A stretch of 40,287 bases of DNA from Craspedostauros australis (Eukaryota): the NCBI GenBank assembly GCA_030167865.1, contig JALAGF010006036.1, positions 1-40,287 on the forward strand, written 5' to 3'. Within the stretch, counting starts at the first letter, position 1. Each line of letters opens with the position of its first letter. The translations under genes and the position numbers were made by a program. Shown here piece after piece: positions 20,439 through 30,299 of this stretch. Under the pieces are notes generated by a model, which worked only from the letters and a program-made list of their open reading frames with translations, did no database searches and was not told the DNA's origin.

Positions 20439-21653
20439 TCACTTGTGGCGGATGAACGCCAGCGTGTCGGTCTTCTGCTTTTGCTCGGCCTTGAACTTGC
20501 TGTGCAACGGGTATCCTGTCACGATCCTCTCTTCGTACAACTCAAACACAATCTGCTGCAGCACGGGCTGATCGCAGAAGGGGTCCTTCGCCGTGAGCAA
20601 TCGGCGGTTCATCTCCTTCACCAACGGACCGATGACGGATACATGCCCGCCGATGATACCCGCGTTCACCATCTGTTGATTGGTGAACCTCTTTTTGAAG
20701 CATCTCCTCCAGTTGTTATTATTCCATCTCAGACCCGTCTTCCATGGCTCGTACTCGCTGCCGACGAATAGATGGTGATTATCGCCGTCCGCCGTGGCGT
20801 CCACCTCGATCATGTATTGGAACGGGTTTCTGTGGAACGTGACGTCTTGCGAATCCGTCAACAGGACGTATTCCAACGGCTCATCGGGATTGGCGGTCCC
20901 CTTCGACTCCGCCTCGAGGCGCTTGTCCAAGTACTCCTCGATGAAGAAGAACCGCTGGGCATTGAGGGCCAGGTGGGCGGATTTGGCCCCAGCCGGACCT
21001 TTGGTGTCCACGTTCAGGAATTCGATGTGATCCGTCGTGTATTCCTTGATGAATTTCTCGGGGAACATGGAATTGAGAATGAGGCCATGGATATCTGGGA
21101 ACTGCTTCACGGATTCGTACCATGATTTGATGGCCTTGAATTCTGGTTTGCGCACACCCAAGTTCCTGTGCGCATCTTCCATATGATTGAAGGAGGCGAC
21201 GATGGAGAGACCAGGATATCTCTTCTTCTGTGCCTGCACTTGCACTTGCACCTGTGCCTGTGCTTGTGGTTGCTGTTGCTGCTGTTCCTTTGGTGACTGT
21301 TGTGCCTTTGATGACTGTTCTGCTAACAACTGTGCCAGTTGTTGCTGTTGCTGCTGAAATTGGGTTTGCTGCTTTCGTTGCTCCTGATGATGATGTTGCT
21401 GCTGCTGCTGATGTTGTTGCTGTTGTTGTTGCTGCTGCTGAATGAGCTCCTTCAGCTCTTCCAACTGCGCCATCGTCACCGAGTTCTGTTCATTGGACAT
21501 GCTGCTGAACGATCCCAGCCCGACAGACAGTTGCACCACGATGACCGCAAGTACCAGCAGACCCATCAAGTTCGTGATTTGGATGTTGGATCGAGAGGAT
21601 ACCACCGACCGCAGTGGCGCGGCAGGGTGCCCGTTGGTTTGCGTACCTCCCAT
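20439..21653 (-). CDS. Putative type II membrane GT-A glycosyltransferase-like protein, paralog 3 (404 aa)
   Basis: TM anchor LMGLLVLAVIVVQL and polyQ stem; motifs YVLLTDSQDV, HHLFVGSE, NAGIIGG, CDQ; ends TLAFIRHK. Confidence 0.8.
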   Translation of the reverse strand: MGGTQTNGHPAAPLRSVVSSRSNIQITNLMGLLVLAVIVVQLSVGLGSFSSMSNEQNSVTMAQLEELKELIQQQQQQQQQHQQQQQHHHQEQRKQQTQFQQQQQQLAQLLAEQSSKAQQSPKEQQQQQPQAQAQVQVQVQAQKKRYPGLSIVASFNHMEDAHRNLGVRKPEFKAIKSWYESVKQFPDIHGLILNSMFPEKFIKEYTTDHIEFLNVDTKGPAGAKSAHLALNAQRFFFIEEYLDKRLEAESKGTANPDEPLEYVLLTDSQDVTFHRNPFQYMIEVDATADGDNHHLFVGSEYEPWKTGLRWNNNNWRRCFKKRFTNQQMVNAGIIGGHVSVIGPLVKEMNRRLLTAKDPFCDQPVLQQIVFELYEERIVTGYPLHSKFKAEQKQKTDTLAFIRHK

Positions 21654-22805
21654 GTTCAGGGTGCAGAGATGCTCGTGCTCGCGTGGATGCTGGGGAACAA
21701 GTGCGTGCCGTTGGTTGTGGTGCTCGTTGTGGTGCTGGTTGAGGTTGTGGATGTGGATGTGTCCGTATTTGTGATTGCGATTGTAGTCTCCAGCGATGGT
21801 TGTGATTGTGGTTGTGATTGTGGTTGTGATTGCGGATGTGCGCGAGCGGCGGTGTGATGTGGTGGGAGGTGGTGTGACGCGGGACGATGGGAGGCTGCGA
21901 TTGGAGCCTGCTGTTGTTTTGTGATGAGGTTTGAGTCATTCGCGGAGTGCGGATTGTGATGACCGAAACCCAAGACCAACCACCTTGTCGCCAACACGCC
22001 CAGGGGCTTTTGTGTCGCCAAGTACCTCAATTCCTGTTGTTCGTCAGAACTGTCCGGTCATTTCTGTCCGCGTGGACAGAAACGGACAATACATGGAATT
22101 TCCGCAATCGAGAGTTTGTGGTTCGAGCATGTCGTCAACAGACAAATTCTGGTTCAACTCCCGCACAGACAGCCAACAGAGAGACGGAGACAGACAAGCG
22201 CAGTCGTCGGAGGTTGGGGCAAAGGAAGCACCATCGCGGCTGCGCGGGAGCAAGCTCTTTCCCTCTATCAACGCTCATCTTCATTGCGATGACGAGCGTG
22301 ATGCTGCGCAATACAAGTTACAGTTGGTTTCAGTCAGGGTTCATTCCATTCTTGGAGAGTAGGTGGACCGGCGGAATTCGGTCTGCGGTTGGGAGAAGAT
22401 GCAAATGGAGCCATGGAGTCCGCATCCCAGCACCGCTTTCCGTCTCCATCTCCTTCTCCTATCTGATATGCCTACAAAGTCACGAACACAGACGGCCTGC
22501 TTCTTTCTTTTCGGAAAAGTAGACGAATCCAATTGGGTTTGTTGGTTTGTGTTGTGTATTTATTGTTCGTTTTGAAAGTTTACAGGTCTGGCTACGGTGC
22601 TATGGTATGCAATAGTACCGATTGGAGATATTCTTCATCTGTGGGCAGCTGGTGTCATTGCTGCTGCTGCCGATGCTACCGCTGTTTTTCAGGTCTCACC
22701 AACGGTGACATCACTTCCGTCCACAACGAGTTGGCGCGGAGTGGTGATGCGGCGACGCGGCGACGCATGGATGGATGAATGGAAAGATCATGAGAAGGAG
22801 GTGGC

Positions 22806-23261
22806 CTACTCCTTTGTGCTGCTGGTCTTCATATATTCGTCCTTCTTTGCTTGCCACTGCTCGTGGTCAATGCCAAGTCCCTCCGCCTTGGGTCGGCCGA
22901 CCAGGTTGGCGTAGCTCTCCGTGACACCGACGTGCTTCTCGTGTCCCCACGTCTGCAGGGAGGATCCCTTCTTGTCTGGAAGGATCTTGACGTCCTTGTA
23001 GAACAACAGCGCGTTGGCGCCCATGCCGACCATGAAGGTCATGGCGCAGCCGAGGACGACCATGATGGGGTACGTGGATGGGTCGGAGAGCCAGTTCTTC
23101 TTGAAGGCGTCCTTCTGCTGGTATCGCAGCTGCGGGGCGGCGATGCCCTTCTTGATTTCTTGGCCTGATCCGGATGACATGGTGGCCTTGGTGCGGAACT
23201 GCTGCATTGTGGTGCGCGCGAATGCGGATCTGAAGAGGGATGCGGATCGGAGAGCGTTCAT
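22806..23261 (-). CDS. Mitochondrial NDUFA4/B12D (MLRQ)-family protein
   Basis: Arg/Ser/Ala-rich presequence-like N-terminus. WLSDPSTYPI, then one TM helix, then DVKI is the typical B12D/NDUFA4 pattern. Confidence 0.8.
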   Translation of the reverse strand: MNALRSASLFRSAFARTTMQQFRTKATMSSGSGQEIKKGIAAPQLRYQQKDAFKKNWLSDPSTYPIMVVLGCAMTFMVGMGANALLFYKDVKILPDKKGSSLQTWGHEKHVGVTESYANLVGRPKAEGLGIDHEQWQAKKDEYMKTSSTKE

Positions 23262-23273
23262 GTTGATTGGCTT

Positions 23274-23325
23274 TTGTTGTTGTTGTTGTTGTTGTTGTTG
23301 TTGGTAGTGGTGGTGGTGGTGGTGG
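23274..23325. repeat. (TGT)n/(TGG)n microsatellite in the 5' region of the NDUFA4-like gene
   Basis: Visible trinucleotide runs. Confidence 0.9.
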
Positions 23326-24919
23326 TGAGTTGTTTTGAGGTGGGTGGATGCGTTTGGATGATGTTTGATTTTATGACAACATCGACAACCTCGAAGCCAA
23401 AGCCATTACCAACCCCGAGTGTTAGCAACAACAACAACGGTAACAACAACAACGGTAACAGCAACAGCGACGACAGCACGAAAGCATTGGAGATCAGACG
23501 CGATGAGGCAGACATGGAGACAAGAAGAGACGAACAGCGAGACAGAGAGAGATGGGGAGAGAGATGAAGAAGAAGTTGTCGCCTTGCTTCGCGGTTTGCT
23601 TCCTCTCCCAGATGGCACGCCATGTTGTGTTCTTGATGATGGTGTCGCGGAGTTCGGCTTCAAGTTGTGCCGGAAAAGAGAACACCGCTGAGTTCGGTTT
23701 GGGGGTGGATCTGGCGTTGATTTTCTGTCTGCGATGCGCCACCACATTTGGCACAATCTGCTTCATCGAGAGTAGACCCATCGTGGTCCTCCCATTAGCA
23801 GTTACAAGTGTTATAGTTATCAACATTCAAAATTCTCTCTGTACATCTACATCTACATCTCATTGATCAGCTAATGGGGTTTGAAATCAAGCTGGATGCA
23901 CGTGTACCCTACTCAAATGAACTGCTGCAAGTGACGATGAAGATTCGGTTCAATGGCCAGTCCGCGATGAGATGTACTGAAGAAAGACATCCGTGTTCGG
24001 GTTGGCAAAAGAGGAGCATGTTGTCGCGCGCTTCCGTACCTACTGTCCAGATTCCGCTGTTCCTTCCACAGAACAATTCTCGCCGCGCTGCGACCTCCCT
24101 CCGCAGACATGGCAGACGATGGAGGGAAGGAGACGGCCGAATCCGAACAGGAAACAACGAATCGAGAACACGCAGGGAGCAGTTTCGCAACACCCACACA
24201 TGCATGCACACATGTCGGAATTGATGTAGGCTGGACTTGCAGGTGAGATCCTCGGTCGTCGTCAAACGGTGATGTCTGCCAGGTGTCAACAACGCAGGCA
24301 GCACCCAGAGAGGGCATCTGTCTGGAACATTCTCTTGTGCGGAAGAGGTTGACCAAGGGAGTGTGTCGAATTGGTGTGGTCGCAGCCAATTTGATCGTGA
24401 CCAACTCTCTCAATACTCCACATCGGTGGCATCATGATGCACGTGAGGGATGGCGCTGAGCACTGAACGTCAGTTGACCATGATGATGAGAAGATGTTGC
24501 AAGGATGATCGCTGGTCGGTTCGGAAATGGACCGCTTCAGGTTGATCCATCGGCTGAAGAAAGCAGCTGGCGCAGCGCAAACCTCGTTGGTTTCTCGTGA
24601 CTCAATGGTGTAGAGCAGCACCCGCTGTCCATGTCCTCGCATTCGGGATACCATTGCGAGGAGCAATTCTCATCTTGGGGCTGTTGCGATCGAGCCGAAA
24701 CATCGATGGTGGGCATTGGCGATGCCTCAATCTGATTCCATGAACTCACGCACAGATACCATGTCTCATCCGACGCTCCGTTTTTCTGTGCACGCATGCA
24801 AATGCCTGTGGAAATCCCCCGTCCCAGCCTTTGCACAACGACACGCGCATTGAAATCTCGGGAGAAGACCAGAGCAGGTCACTCTACTTGTGCGCAGCCA
24901 GGCAATCAACGAATTCAAG

Positions 24920-25201
24920 ATGCCAACCATGGCCGGCGGCTACACCGCAAATGCCAAGCCTGTCACGCCAGAAATTGCGGACCTGGTCGCCAAGCACCGA
25001 CAAGACGCGGAAACAAAACTTGGAGAAACCTTTGATGTATTTGAGGCGGTGGAGTACACGCAACAAGTTGTCGCCGGAATGAATTACAAAGTCAAGGTGA
25101 AGATTCGCAAGGATGACTCATTCATTGAGGTCGACATCTTTCAAAGTCTGCCATGCAACGGCGGTGACACGAAGCTGAAGAAGGCGACCAAACTCAATTG
25201 A
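24920..25201 (+). CDS. Stefin-type (cystatin A/B-like) cysteine protease inhibitor, 93 aa
   Basis: N-terminal GG, canonical QVVAG followed by NY-x-VKV, and FQSLP; no signal peptide. Confidence 0.95.
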   Translation: MPTMAGGYTANAKPVTPEIADLVAKHRQDAETKLGETFDVFEAVEYTQQVVAGMNYKVKVKIRKDDSFIEVDIFQSLPCNGGDTKLKKATKLN

Positions 25202-25402
25202 CGGTGAACAGATCAAAGACTCGCCTTCATCGTTTGCAAGACGGAATGTGATTCATCACGAGACTGGTCATTGACTGCTGCTACAACGTAATAGCGTACA
25301 CTATGAAAATGCTTCACAACTGCTCCCATTTGCTCTATTGGCACACGTACTTTGCTGAGCCGTCATTATATGTTGCAGCACACTTGCTGGAAGCGGCATT
25401 CT

Positions 25403-26797
25403 TTATTCACCACCGTTCTGCTCTTCGCACCAAATGCTCCCAACCCTCTCCAACGATTTTCTGCACACAGGCCAAGGCAGATGCCCAACCCCATGTACCT
25501 TGCGCAAGAAAGAGAGCGCAGTTGGCTCGCATATATCCAGACCAGCATTGCGTTTGCTTTGCACGTTGCCCCGCAGTCCATTGACGTAGTGAATGCTTGG
25601 CATGGCCTTGCCGCGCTCGATGGCCGTGCGGACACCATGAAACCAAATCCCGCATCTCGTGAAATCCGAACGACAAAAGTACATGAACCAATACCACGCC
25701 TTGCCCTGTCGGTATGACAATTGGAAGCAAACGAGTTGACGTGGATCCCCGTCGACGTAGTACAAATCCAAAACGGCAAACGGCGTCATGAACACCACCA
25801 AAAACCTCTCCACAAAGCAAGACAGCACCTCCATGAAGGACACCGCGTCCTCCGAATCCTGCTGACACATGCGGCGTTGGTGCTGCCAAAGGATCGGCAC
25901 GATCTGCGACAGCTGCAACGATGACTCGCTGTACTGCCATTCATGATGAATGCGCGCTCGTTGGAAGGTCCGCTTCATCTGCTGCTGTCGTCGTCGCAGA
26001 TTTCGACGTCGTTTGCCATTGCCATGCGATGATTCATTTGTCGGCGAACTCTGTGATCGCGATGGTAACAGCGGCGTTCGTAGACCTGCTGTGTGTGCGG
26101 TATCGTTGGCGGATGATCCCGATGTTGTTGGCGGCGGCGGCAGCGGCACACTGTTGCGTGTTCCTCCCGTATTGGATGATGGTGCGTTGGGCGTTTCATT
26201 CGCATTCGCATTATTGGGATTGGCAGTGCGGACAGGAAGGCACATGGTCTCCTTGCCATCTCGTATGGACTCCATCATGACTAGCCACACGACGATCGGC
26301 ATCAGAAAGAACCGGATTGGCAATACGGTCGTTCGCATGATCCGTAGGTACATGACGTTGTACCAAACCAGAACCATATGGATGACTTGCACGGCTGCGA
26401 GCAATGCCAGGTTGATGGTCCACAGAAAAACCGTTTCGGAAGCAAGTGACGATGTCCAGCGATGCATCCCTCCCTCAATTCCCTGCCGTTGTCCATCATC
26501 GTTGTCGCTGTCGTGATGCCCGACCAACATCCAATCCTCGTTGACGGAACGGACGATGAAGAAGATCAGGATTGGCAACAACGCAATGCCGATGACCAAG
26601 CCAACGCCAAACAGGATGACCGTGGCGGTTGCGAGACCCAGCCACGCGGATTGCAGCAGCGACAGCGGCGCTTCGTTGGAAGTCGCTTGCACTTCCGATG
26701 TCGGCGATGGATTCGAGGATGACGGATCCTGTTCGTTGGGTTGGCCGCGTTGCAGTCCGCCACCATGGGCGTCGTTGCGATGATCTACGGTCGGCAT
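25403..26797 (-). CDS. Membrane protein with N-terminal TM helices and a C-terminal GNAT-like domain (464 aa)
   Basis: Three to four hydrophobic segments, then a low-complexity linker. The C-terminal LYYVDG..LVCFQL...YWFMYFC...GIWFHGVRTAIERG...YVNG...SKRNAGL resembles the FemAB/Acetyltransf_6-type GNAT fold. Confidence 0.6.
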   Translation of the reverse strand: MPTVDHRNDAHGGGLQRGQPNEQDPSSSNPSPTSEVQATSNEAPLSLLQSAWLGLATATVILFGVGLVIGIALLPILIFFIVRSVNEDWMLVGHHDSDNDDGQRQGIEGGMHRWTSSLASETVFLWTINLALLAAVQVIHMVLVWYNVMYLRIMRTTVLPIRFFLMPIVVWLVMMESIRDGKETMCLPVRTANPNNANANETPNAPSSNTGGTRNSVPLPPPPTTSGSSANDTAHTAGLRTPLLPSRSQSSPTNESSHGNGKRRRNLRRRQQQMKRTFQRARIHHEWQYSESSLQLSQIVPILWQHQRRMCQQDSEDAVSFMEVLSCFVERFLVVFMTPFAVLDLYYVDGDPRQLVCFQLSYRQGKAWYWFMYFCRSDFTRCGIWFHGVRTAIERGKAMPSIHYVNGLRGNVQSKRNAGLDICEPTALSFLRKVHGVGHLPWPVCRKSLERVGSIWCEEQNGGE

Positions 26798-27086
26798 GTT
26801 CGGGCAGCCACTGTTCGCATGGAGTATTACAGAATATTATGCGAGCTAACCGTGGACGGCAATCAGAGAATGCTAATGGTGCGCTTTGCTTCTCACGATC
26901 GTGTGAATGAAGGAATGGGAGCACTTGATGGACAACCGAAGTGATGCGAGTCTGTGAGTGAGTGTGTATGTATGGACAGATGCTCTTGTGATGGAAGCTT
27001 GTGCAGAGGATACACACCATGATGGTCAGTCACTTTGTTGTTGCCGTCCAAGAAAGAAGGAAAAGAAGCGAAACGAAAAAGAACGA

Positions 27087-27098
27087 TGTGACGTCACA
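27087..27098. promoter_or_regulatory. Perfect palindrome TGTGACGTCACA (CRE/bZIP-type site)
   Basis: 12-bp palindrome ~290 bp upstream of the 26797 start codon. Confidence 0.35.
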
Positions 27099-27526
27099 CG
27101 GTTGAGCTTCGCCTGATGCTTGATTCATGCGATTAATCCAGATGCTCTAGCCTGCGTGGGAGTAGATGCAATGGGATATTGGAAGACTTCAGAGTCGATA
27201 CTATTACAATGTTAGAGTACGCAACGAGAAACTCCACACAGGAACCATGATGGATTGGAATGAATTCAGTTTACTTGCCCACGACACGAATCGCCAGTCT
27301 CGCGATATGCGAGATGCGATGGGATGCAATTGCTCCACTCGTTTTGAACGAAGTCAACTCGACCGAGAACAATCGCACTTCGGCTTTCGTAGCGCTTCAC
27401 CTTGTACAAATAATCCACTACCCCCTGTCCTTGCGTCCTAATACTCGTCTTCAGTGCGACGCCTTGTGGTTCATTGCGCAAGCCTGCCAAATCACTCGCA
27501 TTGAGCCACCCAAACATCATTCTCGT

Positions 27527-28768
27527 TCACATCCCCGCCAGATACTCCGACAACAAGGTGAACGCCGTCACGTACGCCCCATGCAATTCCCAAATGGCAT
27601 TCCACTCCCCCTTCGGAACATGCTTGGGATGCGGCCCCTCCGCAAATTCCTGCAATCCCCTCAATTCGTCCTCCACGAACGCCACGATACCTTCCATCGA
27701 TCCGCCAGCATGCAGAACGATCTCCATGTCTTCCGTCACGTCAAAGATCAACCGCCCATACAACAACACGAACCGCTGCGGATACGCCTCGACGAATCCA
27801 TAATCGCGAAAGAGATGCGGCGTGCCGAAGGTCCAGTGCCGTCCGCCGCACGCCGTGCATTGATTGTAGCTCGTCGTGATTTCGTCGCCATCCCGAATCT
27901 GCCGCGCCGCGACGATACGAAAGAACGTCTCGTCATGCCGCGTGTTGAGACGACGCCCGTTGGCGTGACTCAGCAGATCGTAGAGCGGCACCATGACGAT
28001 ATCGTCGGCGCGCGATGTGACGAGTTGCCACGCGGCTTCGGAATGCCCGCAGAGTTCCACGACATCGCAATGACGCTCGAGGTCGTAGTCGGCCGGAACG
28101 AGGGTCTCGGCGGCGAGCTGGTGCATCATTTCCTTGCCTTGTCGCGACCACAGGGCGGGCAGGAATCCGGGTTGATGCGACGCGCGCAGGTATCTGTCGT
28201 AGGGTGTGCGCGGGTTGTGGAGTGCGTCATGGACGGTCTGCAGGATGCCGCAGTACTCGTGGTCGGGGTTCGTGTGGGCGGTTGTCGTTGTGTTGGGTTG
28301 GAGGATAATCTCCGATGGGATCGTGAACAAGACCTCGTCCTCGTCGATGTCCTGCGTGGCGAAGACGCCGAAGGATGCGTGCGTGGCGGCAGTATGGCGT
28401 CGCACCGCGATCTTGTCGGAGATGTACGATCCCGGAGTGGAGCGGATCCATTGCATCATGTCTTCGACCAGTCCTTCCATGTGGTCGTTGTTGTCTTGGC
28501 TGCTGCCATGAATCTCGCCATTCTGTGGCCGTCCTTCATCTGCGAGAATATGACAGACATCCGAGGACAGCTTGCCTGTTGCATGAGGATGGATGATCGG
28601 TTCAGTTTGGATGTTGGCGTGGATGACATCAGCAGCGCAGTTGTCCGCCAATGCTGCTGATTTCAACGGAAGATCCGATGCCCCGCAACACGACACATTG
28701 ATCCAAAGCATCCACGCGATGGATGAGGGCAGCAGAATCGAAAGACGGAAACGAGCCTTGATCGACAT
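27527..28768 (-). CDS. SET-domain (SETD6/LSMT-like) lysine methyltransferase with N-terminal signal-like peptide
   Basis: GVFATQDIDEDEVLFTIP, MVPLYDLLSH, IVAARQIRDGDEITTSY and LFRDYGFVE motifs. Hydrophobic N-terminus. The ORF track start is a non-ATG call 3 codons from an ATG-compatible region, so the exact start is uncertain. Confidence 0.85.
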   Translation of the reverse strand: MSIKARFRLSILLPSSIAWMLWINVSCCGASDLPLKSAALADNCAADVIHANIQTEPIIHPHATGKLSSDVCHILADEGRPQNGEIHGSSQDNNDHMEGLVEDMMQWIRSTPGSYISDKIAVRRHTAATHASFGVFATQDIDEDEVLFTIPSEIILQPNTTTTAHTNPDHEYCGILQTVHDALHNPRTPYDRYLRASHQPGFLPALWSRQGKEMMHQLAAETLVPADYDLERHCDVVELCGHSEAAWQLVTSRADDIVMVPLYDLLSHANGRRLNTRHDETFFRIVAARQIRDGDEITTSYNQCTACGGRHWTFGTPHLFRDYGFVEAYPQRFVLLYGRLIFDVTEDMEIVLHAGGSMEGIVAFVEDELRGLQEFAEGPHPKHVPKGEWNAIWELHGAYVTAFTLLSEYLAGM

Positions 28769-30066
28769 CTTGCTTGCATGGAGTGACTGGGTGAGTCATT
28801 CAGTGGCGTTCTTGTGATTATGCAAGGCACGGCACCTGAGAGGAAGCCTATGATACTCTATGACTGTTGCCTCTCAAGCAGCGCACGATCTCCAGCCAGC
28901 AAGAAAAGAAGCAAGAAGGAACCGATCCGCTTCCGTTGTTGTTGTTGTGGATGGATCTGTGATTCGTGGCGCCAATCGTTGGCGGGATTGACCACCTTCT
29001 TCTCGTGACAGTCGCCAAAAAGAACAATTCCATTCGATGGAGTCCATTTCATGACTAGAAGAGGAAGAAAAATTCGCGACTTGCGCCAAAAAAGGCACTT
29101 CGGAATTTCTCCGTTACTTGTGGTGCCTCATGTCGAAGGGCAGTGTCGTGGTTGTTGTGTGGTACAAGATGAATCTTGTTGTTGTGGGACGCGTGTTGTG
29201 GTGACGTGCTGCGTGTGATGAGAATGGATGGAGGACGGCACGAACAGAACATCTCCCTATCTCGGCCAACTGAATAGAGCCTGAACGATCGTTTACTATG
29301 CTATATACATTCTGTAGCCAGCCCTCTGTTGACGCATCCCATGTTGTGCAACCTCAAAAGTTCGGCGACAACGCGATCGATTGAGAGAAAACGTGAGAAT
29401 GGACTAAATCGTGGAGGAGGCGGCGACCATAGTTATCCCCCGTTCCGTTGTGTATTACACCGGGCGAGTCGATCCCGCCAATTCGTTCATTTATGGCTGA
29501 TTTTGTTCGTGATGTGACTCGGATTTGTGTCGTCGCGCAACAAAAAAGGACATACGATCATCACACACAAGGCCTTCTTGTCCATCGTTGTTGTCGTGGC
29601 TGTTGTTGGAACTGCAAAAGGAATGGAAAGAGGCACACAAACGCGGAGCGGCGGTGCAAAAGAGGAACGGAGCAAACACGAGCAACGCGAGAAGATCGCA
29701 AAGTGCTGATACCGAAAGTGTAACAACAACAACGAGCACAAGCACAACAACATCAACATCAACAAACACAACAACACTCAAACCCATGGTCACACACAGA
29801 GACAGAGACGTTGAAAGTTGAACAAGAGCGACGCAAAACGGAACGAACCAAAGGAGTGGAGAAGCCGAGCACAATCCATTCCAACCACAACCATTGCGGC
29901 ATCGGAAAGACGCGAACATACCTCCATCGCTTGTGCCTGGGAATACGGAAGCCATCGCAACAACAAGTCAGCACTCGATCTGCTATTCTTATCCGCACTA
30001 CAAGATTGCTCGCAGAGAAGAATACGACCGCGAGTGCGAATGCTATTATAATCGTATTCTATTATA

Positions 30067-30104
30067 CAATAGCACAATAGCGCAATAGCACAATAGCGCA
30101 ATAG
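30067..30104. repeat. Short tandem repeat (CAATAGCA/G)n
   Basis: caatagcacaatagcgcaatagcacaatagcgcaatag. Confidence 0.8.
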
Positions 30105-30299
30105 GCTGAAGTCAGACCAACCTTTGTGACCCATCACAAAAGCCCGCTCGGAGTTACACCAACAAAGCATTCGTGCGAGTATCATATTATACATCGCAAC
30201 TCCATTCCCTGCGGAACACACGACAGCAGAGGCACTGCCGCGCTCCTTCCATTCGTAGCATCAGCGTGCGCACGAGGCACCGCAGATCCGAAAGGAGTC

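Noticed and set aside
23340..23830. Overlapping N/T-rich short ORFs
   Set aside because: Produced by (CAA)n low-complexity sequence; no coding signal
27260..28660. 466-aa + strand ORF
   Set aside because: Antisense shadow of the SET gene; no recognisable motifs
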